A DNA stretch of 61,876 nucleotides, the filler included, from Sphacelaria rigidula (Eukaryota), in the NCBI GenBank assembly GCA_964200075.2. It is 5 parts of 5 records of this genome, joined end to end, with 100 filler letters (N's around TTAATTAATTAA, not from the genome) between each part and the next. Parts side by side here need not be neighbours in the genome. Positions count along the whole stretch, not along the records: positions 24,794 to 37,088 come from CAXNAA020003912.1; positions 37,189 to 49,483 come from CAXNAA020003913.1; 3 more parts are not named here. One strand, written 5' to 3'. Position numbers and translations under genes: made by a program. The notes beneath the pieces were generated by a model. It was not told the origin of the DNA. It ran no database searches and saw only the letters and a program-made list of their open reading frames with translations. Below, piece by piece: positions 24,794 through 37,685 of this stretch (its first letter is position 1; each line of letters opens with the position of its first letter).

Positions 24794-27700
24794 GATCATG
24801 GAGTACATGGAGTCGTCACTGACATGGAGGTGGAGGCAACTCCACCGGACTAAGGAGCTTGAATCAACCTCACAACCACGTTTGTCAGAGAAATAGCGTT
24901 GGACCAAGTTGGAACAGATCCAGTTCTCAGTGGCGTTTATGTCTCTCCGGCAATGTAGATGTCAGCGACAATCACATTTCTCATCACCGTGTGTTGAGCA
25001 TTGATGTTTGAAGATCATGCGAGACATGGACTCGTCACTGACATGATGATGGAGGCAACTGAATAATGCTAAGAAACTTGAATCAACCTCAAATCTACTC
25101 TTGTCAGAGAACGAGCGTCGGACCAAGTTGGAACAGATCCAGTTCTCAGTGGCGTTCATATCTCTCCGGCGATGTAGATGTCGGCGACAATCATATCTCT
25201 CATCATCGTGTGTTGAGCATCGATAGATAAGATCATGGAAGACATGGAGTCGTCACTGATATGGTGGTGGAGGCAACTTCACCACACTCAGAAGCTTGAA
25301 TTCACCTCGAAACTACGTTTGGCAGTGAACTAGCGTTGGATCAAGTCGGAACAGAAGTAGTTCTCCATGGAGTGTTGGTCTCCCCGGCGATGTAGATGTC
25401 GGCGACAGTCATATTTCTTATCATAGTGTGTTGAGCTTCAATGGATGAAGATCATGGAGTACATGGAGTCGTCACTGACATGGTGGTGGAGGCAACTCCA
25501 CCGGACTAAGGAGCTTGAATCAACGTCAGAACTACGTTTGTCAGAGAAATAGCGTTGGACCAAGTTGGAACAGATCTAGTTCTCAGTGACGTTTATGTCT
25601 CTCCGGCGATGTAGATGTCGACGACAATCACATTTCTCATCACCGTGTGTTGAGCATCGATGGACTAGATGATGGGAGACATGGAGTCGTCACTGACATG
25701 GTGATGAAGGCAACTGGATTATGCTAAGAAACTTGAATCAACCTGAAATCTACTCTTGTCAGAGAAATAGCGTTGGACGAAGTTGGAACAGATCCAGTTC
25801 TCAGTGGCGTTTATATCTCTCCGGCGATGTAGATGTCGGCGACAATCATATCTCTCATCATCGTGTGTTGAGCATCGATGGATAAGAACATGGGAGACAT
25901 GGAGTCGTCACTGACATGCAGATGGAGGCAACTCCACCGGACTAAGGAGCTTGAATCAACCTCACAACCACGTTTGTCAGAGGAATAGCGTTGGACCAAG
26001 TTGGAACAGATCTAGTTCTCAGTAGCGTTTATGTCTCTCCGGCGATGTAGATGTCGGCGACAATCACATTTCTCATCACCGTGTGTTGAGCATCGATGTT
26101 TGAAGATCATGCGAGACATGGACTCGTCACTGACATGGTGATGGAGGCAACTGAATTATGCTAAGAAAATTGAATCAACCTCAAATCTACTCTTGTCAGA
26201 GAACGAGCGTTGGACGAAGTTGGAACAGATCCAGTTCTCAATGGCGTTCATATCTCTCCGGCGATGTAGATGTCGGCGACAATCATATCTTTCCTCATTG
26301 TGTGTTGAGCATCGATGGATAAGATCATGGAAGACATGAAGTCGTCACTGATATGGTGGTGGAGGCAACTTCACCACACTACGAAGCTTGAATCAACCTC
26401 GAAACTACGTTTGGCAGTGAACTAGCGTTGGATCAAGTCGGAACAGAAGTAGTTCTCCATGGAGTGTTGGTCTCCCCGGCAATGTAGATGTCGGCGACAG
26501 TCATATTTCTTATCGTAGTGTGTTGAGCTTCAATGGATGAAGATCATGAAGTACATGGAGTCGTCACTGACATGGAGGTGGAGGCAACTCCACCGGACTA
26601 AGGAGCTTGAATCAACCTCACAACCACGTTTGTCAGAGAACTAGCGTTGGACCAAGTTGGAACAGATCTAGTTCTCAGTGACGTTTATGTCTCTCCGGCG
26701 ATGTAGATGTCGACGACAATCATATTCCTCATCATCGTGTGTTGAGCATCGATGTTTGAATATCATGCGGGACATGGAGTCGTCACTGACATGGTGATGG
26801 AGGCAACTGAATTATGCTAAGAAACTTGAATCAACCTCAAATCTACTCTTGTCAGAGAGCTAGCGTTGGACAAAGTTGGAACAGATCCAGTTCTCAGTGG
26901 CGTTCATATCTCTCCGGCGATGTAGATGTCGGCGACAATCATATCTCTCATCATCGTGTGTTGAGCATCGATGTTTGAAGATCATGCGAGACATGACGTC
27001 CTCACTGACATGGTGATGGAGGCAATCACCCCAAACTCAGAAGCTTGAATCAACCTCACAACTACGTTTGTCAGAGAAATAGCGTTGGACCAAGTTGGAA
27101 CAGATCCAGTTCTCAGTGGCGTTCATGTCTCTCCGGCGATGTAGATGTGGGCGACAATCATATCTCTCATCGTCGTGTGTTGAGCATCGATGGATAAGAT
27201 CATGGAAGACATGGAGTCGTCACTGATATGGTGGTGGAGGCAACTTCACTACACCAAGAAGCTTGAATCAACCTCGAAACTACGTTTGGCAGTGAACTAG
27301 CGTTGGATCAAGTCGGAACAGAAGTAGTTCTCCATGGAGTGTTGGTCTCCCTGGCGATGTAGATGTCGGCGACAGTCACATTTCTCATCATAGTGTGTTG
27401 AGCATCAATGGATGAAGATCATGGAGTACATGGAGTCGTCACTGACATGGAGGTGGAGGCAACTCCACCGGACTAAGGAGCTTGAATCAACCTCACAACC
27501 ACGTTTGTCAGAGAAATAGCGTTGGACCAAGTTGGAACAGATCTAGTTCTCAGTGGCGTTTATGTCTCTCCGGCGATGTAGATGTCGGCGACAATCACAT
27601 TTCTCATCACCGTGTGTTGAGCATCGATGTTTGAAGATCATGCGAGACATGGAGTCGTCATTGACATGGTGGCAACTGAATTATGTTAAGAAAATTGAAT

Positions 27701-30700
27701 CAACCCAAAATCTACTCTTGTCAGAGAGCTAGCGTAGGACCAAGTTGGAACAGATCCAGTTCTCAATGGATTTTATGTCTCTCCAGCGATGTATATGTCG
27801 GCGACAATCATATTTCTCATCATTGTGTGTTGAGCATCGATGGATAAGATCATGGAAGACATGAAGTCGTCACTGATATGGGGGTGGAGGCAACTTCACC
27901 ACACTAAGAACAACCTCGAAACTACATTTGGCAGTGAACTAGCGTTGGATCAAGTCGGAACAGAAGTAGTTCTCTATGGAGTGTTGGTCTCTCCGGCGAT
28001 GTAGATGTCGGCGACAATCATATTTCTCATCATCGTGTGTTGAGCATCAATGGATGAAGATCATGGAGTACATGGAGTCGTCACTGACATGGAGGTGGAG
28101 GCAACTCCACCGGACTAAGGAGCTTGAATCAACCTCAGAACCACGTTTGTCAGAGAAATAGCGTTGGACCAAGTTGGAACAGATCTAGTTCTCAGTAGCG
28201 TTTATGTCTCTCCGGCGATGTAGATGTGGGCGACAATCATATTCCTCATCACCGTGTGTTGAGCATCGATGTTTGAAGATCATGCGAGACATGGAGTCGT
28301 CATTGACATGGTGGTGGAGGCAACCACCCTAGACTAAGAAGCTTGAATCAACCTCACAACTACGTTTGTCAGAGAAGTAGCGTTGGACCAAGTTGAAACA
28401 GATGCAGTTCTCAATGAAGTTTGTGTTCCTCCGGCGATGTAGATGTGGGCGACAATCATATTCCTCATCACCGTGTGTTGAGCATCGATGTTTGAAGATC
28501 ATGCGAGACATGGAGTCGTCATTGACATGGTGGTGGAGGCAACTGAATTATGCTAAGAAAATTGAATCAACCCAAAATCTACTCTTGTCAGAGAGCTAGC
28601 GTTGGACGAAGTTGGAACAGATCCAGTTCTTAGTGGCGTTTATGTCTCTCCGGCGATGTAGTTGTCGGCGACAATCATACTCCTCATCATCGTGTGTTGA
28701 GCATCGATGGTTGAAGATCATGCGAGACATGAAGTCGTCACTGACATGGTGATGGAGGCAACCACCCTAGACTAAGAAGCTTGAATCAACCTCACAACTA
28801 CGTTTGTCAGAGAAGTAGCGTTGGACCAAGTTGGAACAGATGCAGTTCTCAATGGAGTTTGTGTTCCTCCGGCGATGTAGATGTCGGCGACAATCATATT
28901 CCTCATCACCGTGTGTTGAGCATCGGTGTTTGAAGATCATGCGAGACATGGAGTCGTCACTGACATGGTGGTGGAGGAAACTGAATTGGACTGAGAAACT
29001 TGAATCAGTCTCAAATATACTCTTGTCAGGGAACGAGCGTTGGACCAAGTTGGAACAAATGCAGTTCTCAATGAAGTTCATGTCTTTCCGGCGATGAAGA
29101 TGTCGGCGACAATCACATTTCTCATCACCGTGTGTTGAGCATCGATGGATAACATCATGCGAGACATGGAGTCGTCATTGACATGGTGGTGGAGGTAATT
29201 GAATTATGCTCAGAACAGTGAATCAACCCATAATCTACTCTTGTCGAAGAGCTAGCGGTCGACCAAGTTGGAACAGATGCAGTTCTCCATGGAGTGTTGG
29301 TCTCCCCGGCGATGTAGATGTCGGCGACAATCATATTTCTAATCATCGTGTGTTGAGCATCGATGGATGAAGATCATGGGAGACATGGAGTCGTCACTAA
29401 TATGGTGGTGGAGGCAACTTCACCACACTAAGGAGCTTGAATCAACCTCAAAACTACGTTTGGCAGTGAACTAGCGTTGGATCAAATCGGAACAGAAGCA
29501 GTTCCCAATGGAGTGTTGGTCTCTCGGGCGATGTAGATGTCGGCGACAATCATATCTCTCATCATCGTGTGTTTAGCATCGATGGATGAAGATCATGGAA
29601 GACATGGAGTCGTCACTGACATGGAGGTGGAGGCAACTCCACCGGATTAAGATTCTTGGATCAACCTCACAACTACGTTTGTCAGAGAAATAGCGTTGGA
29701 CCAAGTTGGAACAGATCCAGTTCTCAATGGAGTTTGTGTTTCTCCGGCGATGTAGTTGTGGGCGACAATCGTATTCCCCATCATCGTGTGTTGAGCATCG
29801 CTGGATAACATCATGCGAGACATGGAGTCGTCACTGACATGGTGGTGGAGGTAACTGAAATAGACTAAGAAACTTGAATCAGCCTCGAATCTACTCTTGT
29901 CAGAGAAATAGCGTCGGACCAAGTTGGAACAGATGCAGTTCTCAATGGAGTTTATGTCTCTCCAGCGATGTAGATGTCGGCGACAATCATATTTCTCACC
30001 ATCGTGTGTTGAGCATCGCTTGATAAGATCATGGAAGACATGGAGTCGTCACTGATATGGTGGTGGAGGCAACTTCACCACACTAAGGAGCTTGAATCAA
30101 CCTCAAAACTACGGTTGGCAGTGAATTAGCGTTGGATCAAATCGGAACAGAAGCAGTTTCCAATGGAGTGTTGGTCTCTCCGGCGATGTAGATGTCGGCG
30201 ACAATCATATTTCTCATCATCGTGTGTTTAGCATCGATGGACGAAATTCATGGAGGACATGGAGTCGTCACTGACATGGAGGTGGAGGCAACTCCACCGG
30301 ATTAAGATTCTTGGCTCAACCTCACAACTACGTTTGTCAGAGAAATAGCGTTGGACCAAGTTGGAACAGATCCAGTCTCAATGGAGTTTGTGTTTCTCCG
30401 GCGATGTAGATGTGGGCGACAATCGTATTCCTCATCATCGTGTGTTGAGCATCGCTGGACAACATCATGCGAGACATGGAGTCGTCACTGACATGGTGGT
30501 GGACGTAACTGAAATAGACTAAGAAACTTGAATCAGCCTCAAATATACTCTTATCAGAGAACGAGCGTCGGACCAAGTTGGAACAGATGCAGTTCTCAAT
30601 CGAGTTTGTATTTCTCTGGCGTTGTAGATGTGGGCGACAATCATATTTCTCACCATCGTGTGTTGAGCATCGATGGATAAGATCATTGGAGACATGACGT

Positions 30701-33700
30701 CGCATCTGACATGGTGGTGGAGGCAACTGAATTATGCTAGGAAAATTGAATCAACCTCAAATCTACTCTTGTCCGAGAACTAGCGGTGGACCAAGGTAGA
30801 ACAGATGCAGTTCTTGATGGAGTTTATGTCCCTCCGGCGATGTAGATGTCGGCGACAATCATATTTCTCATCATCGTGTGTTGAGCATCGCTGGGTAAGA
30901 TCATGGAAGACATGGAGTCGTCACTGACATGGTGGTGGAGGCAACTTCACCACACTAGGAGGCTTGAATCATTCTCAAAACTACGTTTGGCAGTGAACTT
31001 CGGTTGGATCAAGTCGGATCAGATCCAGTTCTCAATGGAGTGTTGGTCTCTCCGGCGATGTAGATGTCGGCGTCAATCATACTTCTCATTATCGTGTGTT
31101 GAGCATCGATGGATAGAGATCATGGGAGACATGAAGTCGTCACTGACATGGTGGTGGAGGTAACTGAACTAGACTAAGAAACTTGAATCAGGCTCAAATC
31201 TACTCTTGTCAGAGAACGAGCGTTGGAACAAGTTGGAACAGATGCAGTTCTCAATTGAGTGTTTGTTTCTCCGGCCATGTAGTTGTCAGCGACAATCATA
31301 TTACTCATCATCGTCTGTTGAACATCGATGGATAAAGATCATGGGAGACATGGGGTCGTCACTGATATGGTGATGAACGCAACTAAATCATACTCAGACA
31401 CTTGTATCAACCTCGAATCTACTCTTGCCAGAGAAGTAGCGTTGGACCAAGTTGGAACAGATGCAGTTCTCAATGGAGTGTTTGTCTCTCCGGCGATGTG
31501 GATGTCGACGACAATCATATTTCTCATCACCGTGTGTTTAGCATCGCTGGATAAGATCATGGAAGACATGGAGTCGTCACTGACATGGTGGTGGGGGAAA
31601 AAACGTTATACTGAAAAGCTTGAATCAAACCCAAATATACTCTTGTCCGAGAACTAGCTTTGGATCAAGTTGGAACAGGTGCAGTTCTCGATTGAGTGTT
31701 TGTCTCTCCGGCGATGTAGATGTCGGCGACAATCATATGTCTCATCATCGTGTGTTGAGCACCGCTGGATAAGATCATGGAAGACATGGAGTCGTCACTG
31801 ACATGGTGGTGGAGGCAACTTCACCACACTAAGAAGCATGGATCAACCTTAAAACTTTGTTTGGCAGTGAACTAGCGTTATATCAAGTCGGAACAGATGC
31901 AGTTCTGAATGAAGTTTGTGTCTCTCCCGCGATGTAGATGTCGGCGACAATCATATCTCTCACCATCGTGTGTTCATCGATGGATAAGATCATGCGAAAC
32001 ATGCAGTCGTCACTGACATGGTAATGGAGCAACTGAATTATGCTACAAAATTAAATCAACCTAAAATCTACTTTTGTCCGAGAGATAGCGTTGGACCAAG
32101 TTGGAACAGATGCAGTTCTCAATGGAGTGTTTGTCTCTCCGGCGATGTAGATGTAGGCGACAATCATATCTCTTATCATCGTGTGTTGAGCATCGCTGGA
32201 CAAGATCATGGAAGACATGGAGTCGTCACTGATATGGAGGTGGAGGCAACTTCACCACACTAAGGAGCTTGAATCATTCTCAAAACTACGTTTGGCAGTG
32301 GACTAGCGTTGGACCAAGTCGGAACAGAAGTAGTTCTCAATGGAGTGTTGGTCTCTCCGGCGATGTAGATGTCGGCGACAATCATATTTCTCACCATCGT
32401 GTGTTCATCGATGGATAGGATCATGCGGGACATGGAGTCGTCACTGACATGGTGATGGAGCAACTGAATTATGCTACGAAATTTTAAGCAACCTCAAATA
32501 TACCCTTGTCAGAGAAATAGCGTTGGACCAAGTTGGAACAGATGCAGTTCTCAATGGAGTGTTTGTCTCTCCGGCGATGTAGATGTCGGCGACAATCATA
32601 TCTCTCATCATCGTGTGTTGAGCATCGATGGACAAGATCATGGAAGACATGAAGTCGTCACTAATATGGTGGTGGGGGCAACTTCACCACACTAAGAAGC
32701 TTGAATCAACCTCAAAACTACGTTTGGCAGTGAACTAGCGTTGTACCAAGTCGGAACAGATCCAGTTCTCGATGGAGTGTTTGTCTCTCCGGCGATGTAG
32801 ATGTCGGCGACAATCATATGTCTCATCATCGTGTGTTAAGCATCGCTGGATAAGACCACGGAAGACATGGAGTCGTCACTGACATGGTAGTGGAGGCAAC
32901 CAAATTATTCTAAGACGCTTGAATCAACCTCAAAACTACATTTGCCAGTAAACTCGCGTCGGACCAAGTCGGAACAGATCCAGTTCTCAATGGAGTGTTG
33001 GTCTCTCAGGCGATGTAGATGTCGGCGACAATCATATTTCTCACCATCGTGTGGTGAGCATTGCTGGATAAGACCAAGAAAGACATGGACTCGTCACTGA
33101 TATGGTAATGGAGGCAACCAAATTATTCTTAGACGCTTGAATCAGCCTCAAAACTACGTTCGGCAGTGAACTCGCGTCGGACCAAGTCGGAACAGATCCA
33201 GTTCTCAATGGAGTGTAGGTCTCTCCGGCGATGTAGATGTCGGCGACAATCATATTTTTCATCATCGTGTGTTTAGCATCGATGGATAAAGATCATGGAG
33301 GACATGGAGTCGTCACTGACATGGTTGTGGAGGCAACTAAATTATGCTAAGAAACTTGAATCAACCTCACAACCACGTTTGTTAGAGAAATAGCGTTGGA
33401 CTAAGTTGGAACAGATGCAGTTCTCATTGGCGTTTATGTCTCTCCGGCGATGTAGATGTCGGCGACAATCATACTCCTCATCATCGTGTGTTGAGCATCG
33501 CTGGGTAAGATCATGGAAGACATGGAGTCGTCACTGACATGGTGGTGGAGGCAACTAAATTATACTCAGAAACTGGAATCAACCCTAAATCTACTCTGGA
33601 CAGAAACACCACGTTAAACCAAGTTGGAACAGATGCAGTTCTCAATGGAGTTCATGTCTCTCCGGCCATGCAGTTGTCAGCGACAAGCATGTTCCTCATG

Positions 33701-36459
33701 ATCGCTTCTTTTGAATCGATGAATGGGATCATGCAAGACATGGAGTCGTCACTGATATTGGGATGGATGAAACTAGACTAGCTGAGGAACCCCTCAAAAC
33801 TACTCTTGTCAGAGAATTAACGTTGGATCTAGTTGGAAAATATGCAGTTCTCAATGTAGTTTGTGTCTCGCCGGCAATGTAGATGTCAGCGACAATCATA
33901 GTTATCACTATCTCGTGTTTTGCATCGATGGATACGATCATGCAAGACATGGAGTCGTCACTGACATGGCGGTGGATGAAACTACACCACACTGAGAATT
34001 TCGGATCAATGTCAAAACTACTGTCGTTACAGAACTAACGTTGGATGGAGTTAAAGCAGATGCAGTTCTCCATGAAGTTTGTGTTTCTCTAGCGATGGAG
34101 TTGTCAGCGACAAGCACAGTTATCATAACCGCGCATTTTGCGTCGATGCATACGATCAAGGGAAACATGGAGTTGCCACCGACATGGTGATGGATGACAC
34201 TACACGATACTGAGAAACTTGAATCAACCTCAAACATACTCTTGTCAGAGAACCAACGTTGGATGAAGTCGGAACAAATGCAGTTCTCACTAGAGTTCAT
34301 GTTTCTCCGCCCATGTAGTTGTCAGCGACAAGCCCATTTCCCATCATCGCATATCTTGCATCGATGTATAAGATCATGCAAGACATGGAGTCGTCGCTGA
34401 TATTGTGATGGATGAAACTACACCGTACTGAGAAACTTGAATCAGCCTCAAAACTACTCTTGTCAGAAACCACACGTTGTACCAAGTTGAAACAAATGGA
34501 GTTCTTGACGGGGTTTATGTCTCGTCGGCCATGTAGTTGTCGGCGACAAGCATATGTCTCACATGTCGTGTATCTGTCATCGATGGATACTATCATGCAA
34601 GGCATGGAGTCGTCACTGACATGGAGATGAAGGCAGCCACACCAGACTAAGAAACTTGAATCAACGTCAAAACTACCCTTGTCAGAGAACTAGTGTTGGA
34701 TCAAGTTGGAAAAAATGCAGTTCTCAATGGAGTTTGTGTCACTCCGGCGATGTAGTTGTCGGCGACAAGCACATGTCTCACATGTCGTATATCTGTCATC
34801 CTTGGATACGATCATGCAAGGCATGGAGTCGTCACTGACATGGAGATGGAGGCAACCACACCAGATTAAGAAGCTTGAATCAACGTCAAAACTACTGTCG
34901 TCAGAGAACTAATGTTGGATCAAGTTGGAACAGATGCAGTTCTCAATGGAGTTTGTGTCACTCCGGCGATGTGGTTGTCAGGGACAAGCAAAGTTATCAT
35001 AATCGCGTATTTCACATCGATGCATAAGATCGAGGAAAACATGGGGTCGTCAATGACATGGTGATCGATGACACTACACGATACTGAGAAACTCGAATCA
35101 ACCTCAAAACTACTCTTGTCAGAGAACAAACTCTGGATCAAGTGGAGACAGATATAGTTCTCAATGAAGTTTGTTACTCTTCGGTGATGTAGTTGTCAGC
35201 GATAGGCATATTTCTTACATGTCGTGTACTGGTCATCGATGGATAAGAACATGGAAGACATGTAGTCGTCACTGACTTGGTGGTGGAGGCAACTACACCA
35301 TACTGACAAACTTGAACCAACCTCAAAACCACTTTTGACAGAAACACCACGTTGGACCAAGTTGGAACAAATGGAGTTCTCAAGGGAGTTCATGTCTCTC
35401 CGGCCATGTAGTTGTCAGCGACAAGCATAGTTATCATTATCTCGTGTTTTGCATCGATGTATAAGATCATGCAAGACATGAAGTCGTCGCTGATATTGCG
35501 ATGGAAACTAGACCATACCGAGAAACTTGAATCAACCTCAAAACTACGTTTGTCAGAGAACCAACGTGGGATGAAGTTGGAACATATGCAGTTCTCAATA
35601 GAGTTCATGTTTCTCCGGCCATGTAGTTGTCAGCGACCAGCGCATTTCTTATCATCTCATATTCTGCATCGATGTATAAGATCATGCAAGATATGGAGTC
35701 GTCGCTGATATTGTGATGGATGAAGCTAGACCATACTGAGACACTTGAATCAACCTCAAAACTACTCTTGTCAGGAACCAAACGTTGGATCAAGTTGAAA
35801 CAAATGGAGCTTCTACGAGGTTTATGTCTCGTCAGCAATGTAGTTGTCAGCGAAGAGCATATGTCTCACATGTCGTGTATTTATCATCGATGGATAAGAT
35901 CAAGGAAGACATGGAGTCGTCACTGACATGGAGATGGAGGCAACCACACCACACTAAGAAACGTGAATCAACCTCAAAACTACTCTTGTCAGAGAACCAA
36001 TTCTGGATCAAGTTGGAACAGATGCAGTTCTCAATGGAGTTCATGTTTCTCCGCCCATGTAGTTGTCAGCGACAAGCATATTCCTCATGATCGCGTATTT
36101 TGAATTGATAGATAAGATCATGCAAGACACGGAGTCGTCACTGATATTGTGATGCATGAAACTCCACCATACTGAGAAACGTGAATCAACCTCAAAACTA
36201 CTCTTGACACCAAACCAACGTTGGATCAAGTAGGAGCAGATGCAGTCCTCAATGGAGTTTGTGTCTCTCCGGCGATGTAGATGTCGGCGACAAGCATATT
36301 TCTCATTATCGTGTAATTGTCATCGATATATGAGATTATGCCAGACATGGAGTCGTCCCTGATATGACGATAGATGAAATAACACCACACTGAGCAACGT
36401 GAATCAACCTCAAAACTACTCTTGTCAGAGAACTAACTCTGGATTAAGTGGGAACAGAT
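24794..36459. repeat. Satellite array, ~53 head-to-tail monomers of 218-219 bp
   Basis: The anchor cggcgatgtagatgtcggcgacaatca recurs at 218/219-bp spacing (gcgaca at 24965, 25184, 25402, 25621, 25839, 26057, 26276, 26494, 26713...). Frequent stops and no array-spanning ORF. The array is open at the gap on its left. Confidence 0.97.
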
Positions 36460-36592
36460 AACAGCCGATTTTTAATTTTGGGGTTCAAAACTAAATGGGG
36501 CTGAAGTCGCATTTTTCTATTGCAGGGAAGATACGAAAGAGTAACACAGAGCGAAAGTATCTTCCCCCCCCAAACTCCGCAGGAGGACTTGA

Positions 36593-36696
36593 CCGTCAGA
36601 CCGCGAGAGTAAGTCACCTGCTGAATCGGCATCAATATTCACTGGGAAAAAGTACACGCGTGGTCCAGATGGACTACGGGCACCGCGGTCCAAGGG
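36593..36696. mobile_element. piggyBac-like MITE, diverged copy of the 17496 family
   Basis: ttga|ccgtcagaccgcgag...tgaatcggcatcaat...aaaaagta...ccgcggtccaaggg|ttaa. Confidence 0.65.
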
Positions 36697-37088
36697 TTAA
36701 GCCATTCTGGCTAGGTGCACCCAACGAAATGCGGTGTACACGCTTGTCGATGACGATATTACCAGAGAGAGAAGCAACGACAAAGAGGAAGCTCCTCGCC
36801 CGTGCCCTTTGTGTGTCCCCGCTCGGTGATTACCAAACTCTCCAGAGACTGGCATCTTTGATCTTACCAGCATGTGCCAATTTTTTCATATGCCAGAGCA
36901 TCGACGTGCGGAGGAATTCCGTGTCTCTTCTCGCCTGCTGCCATCGCGAACATCGATTTCTCCCTGCCTCTCCTTTTGGACAGGACATGCCTCTGTGCGC
37001 TGAAAACCATGTTGAAAAAATAGGGCAATGTTCCCGTCACCGCTACTACTGTTCTCTGTCACACACGTATGCCAGCAAGGATGGTGCT

Positions 37089-37188
37089 NNNNNNNNNNNN
37101 NNNNNNNNNNNNNNNNNNNNNNNNNNNNNNNNTTAATTAATTAANNNNNNNNNNNNNNNNNNNNNNNNNNNNNNNNNNNNNNNNNNNN
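37089..37188. other. Assembly gap linker (44N-TTAATTAATTAA-44N)
   Basis: Fixed 100-nt N run with a six-frame stop spacer. Confidence 0.97.
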
Positions 37189-37685
37189 GAACCGGGTTTT
37201 CTTGTTTCCTCTCCCTTTTTTTTTGTTTTCTCGAGTTTGCTTCCCCCCCCCCCCCCCCCTTTTTCTCGTCACAATTTCAACTCCTCCACTTTCTCGGGAC
37301 ACGTCCGTCGCCTCAAGGAATCAACTCATCTCTCCCTCTGTGCGTTCCTTGCATGTTGGCATGCCGGATTGGATCATGACTGTCGGCGCACCCGCACCGC
37401 GGCGACTCTTGTCAAAAGTAACATTTCTTCTGCTCCTCACGTCCTCATGTTTCCAACGACGCGAAGCAGATACTTCTCTCACAAAACAACCCCTATTGCG
37501 TTTTTGCGGGAAATTGGACTCGGATTTTCCGACGTGATTGGCGTCAGTCGTACTGTTAACGCCACTGGGGCGTAGTCTGTTTCCGTAATACTATCGCACC
37601 ATGGGTTGAGACTCAAACATGTGAATAACCTCCTCATTGCTGCTATACCGCACGGGTGTGTGTCTTTGGTACTGTCGCACGAAAG

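Noticed and set aside
32570..32600. Satellite peptide DVDVGDNH resembling the Ssu72 C-terminal VDIxDNHEEA motif
   Set aside because: The match is only a few residues, lacks the EEA continuation and flanking similarity, and has no suitable splice acceptor; treated as coincidence.
24794..33500. Box C/D snoRNA-like (RTGATGA...CTGA, minus strand) or hammerhead motifs in monomers
   Set aside because: The candidate D boxes are not conserved (CTGC or TTGA in many units), there is no terminal stem and no CUGANGA/GAAA core, and such short motifs are expected by chance.
24794..36459. CRISPR-like or guide-RNA array interpretation of the long repeat
   Set aside because: Whole 218/219-bp units are homologous end to end. 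Variable patches recur as a few classes rather than unique spacers, and no cas-like gene is present.
24794..36459. Protein-coding tandem repeat (many short ORFs; 219 = 73 codons)
   Set aside because: Units mix 218 and 219 bp, so frames shift, and recurrent stops prevent any long ORF. A remote coding ancestry cannot be excluded.
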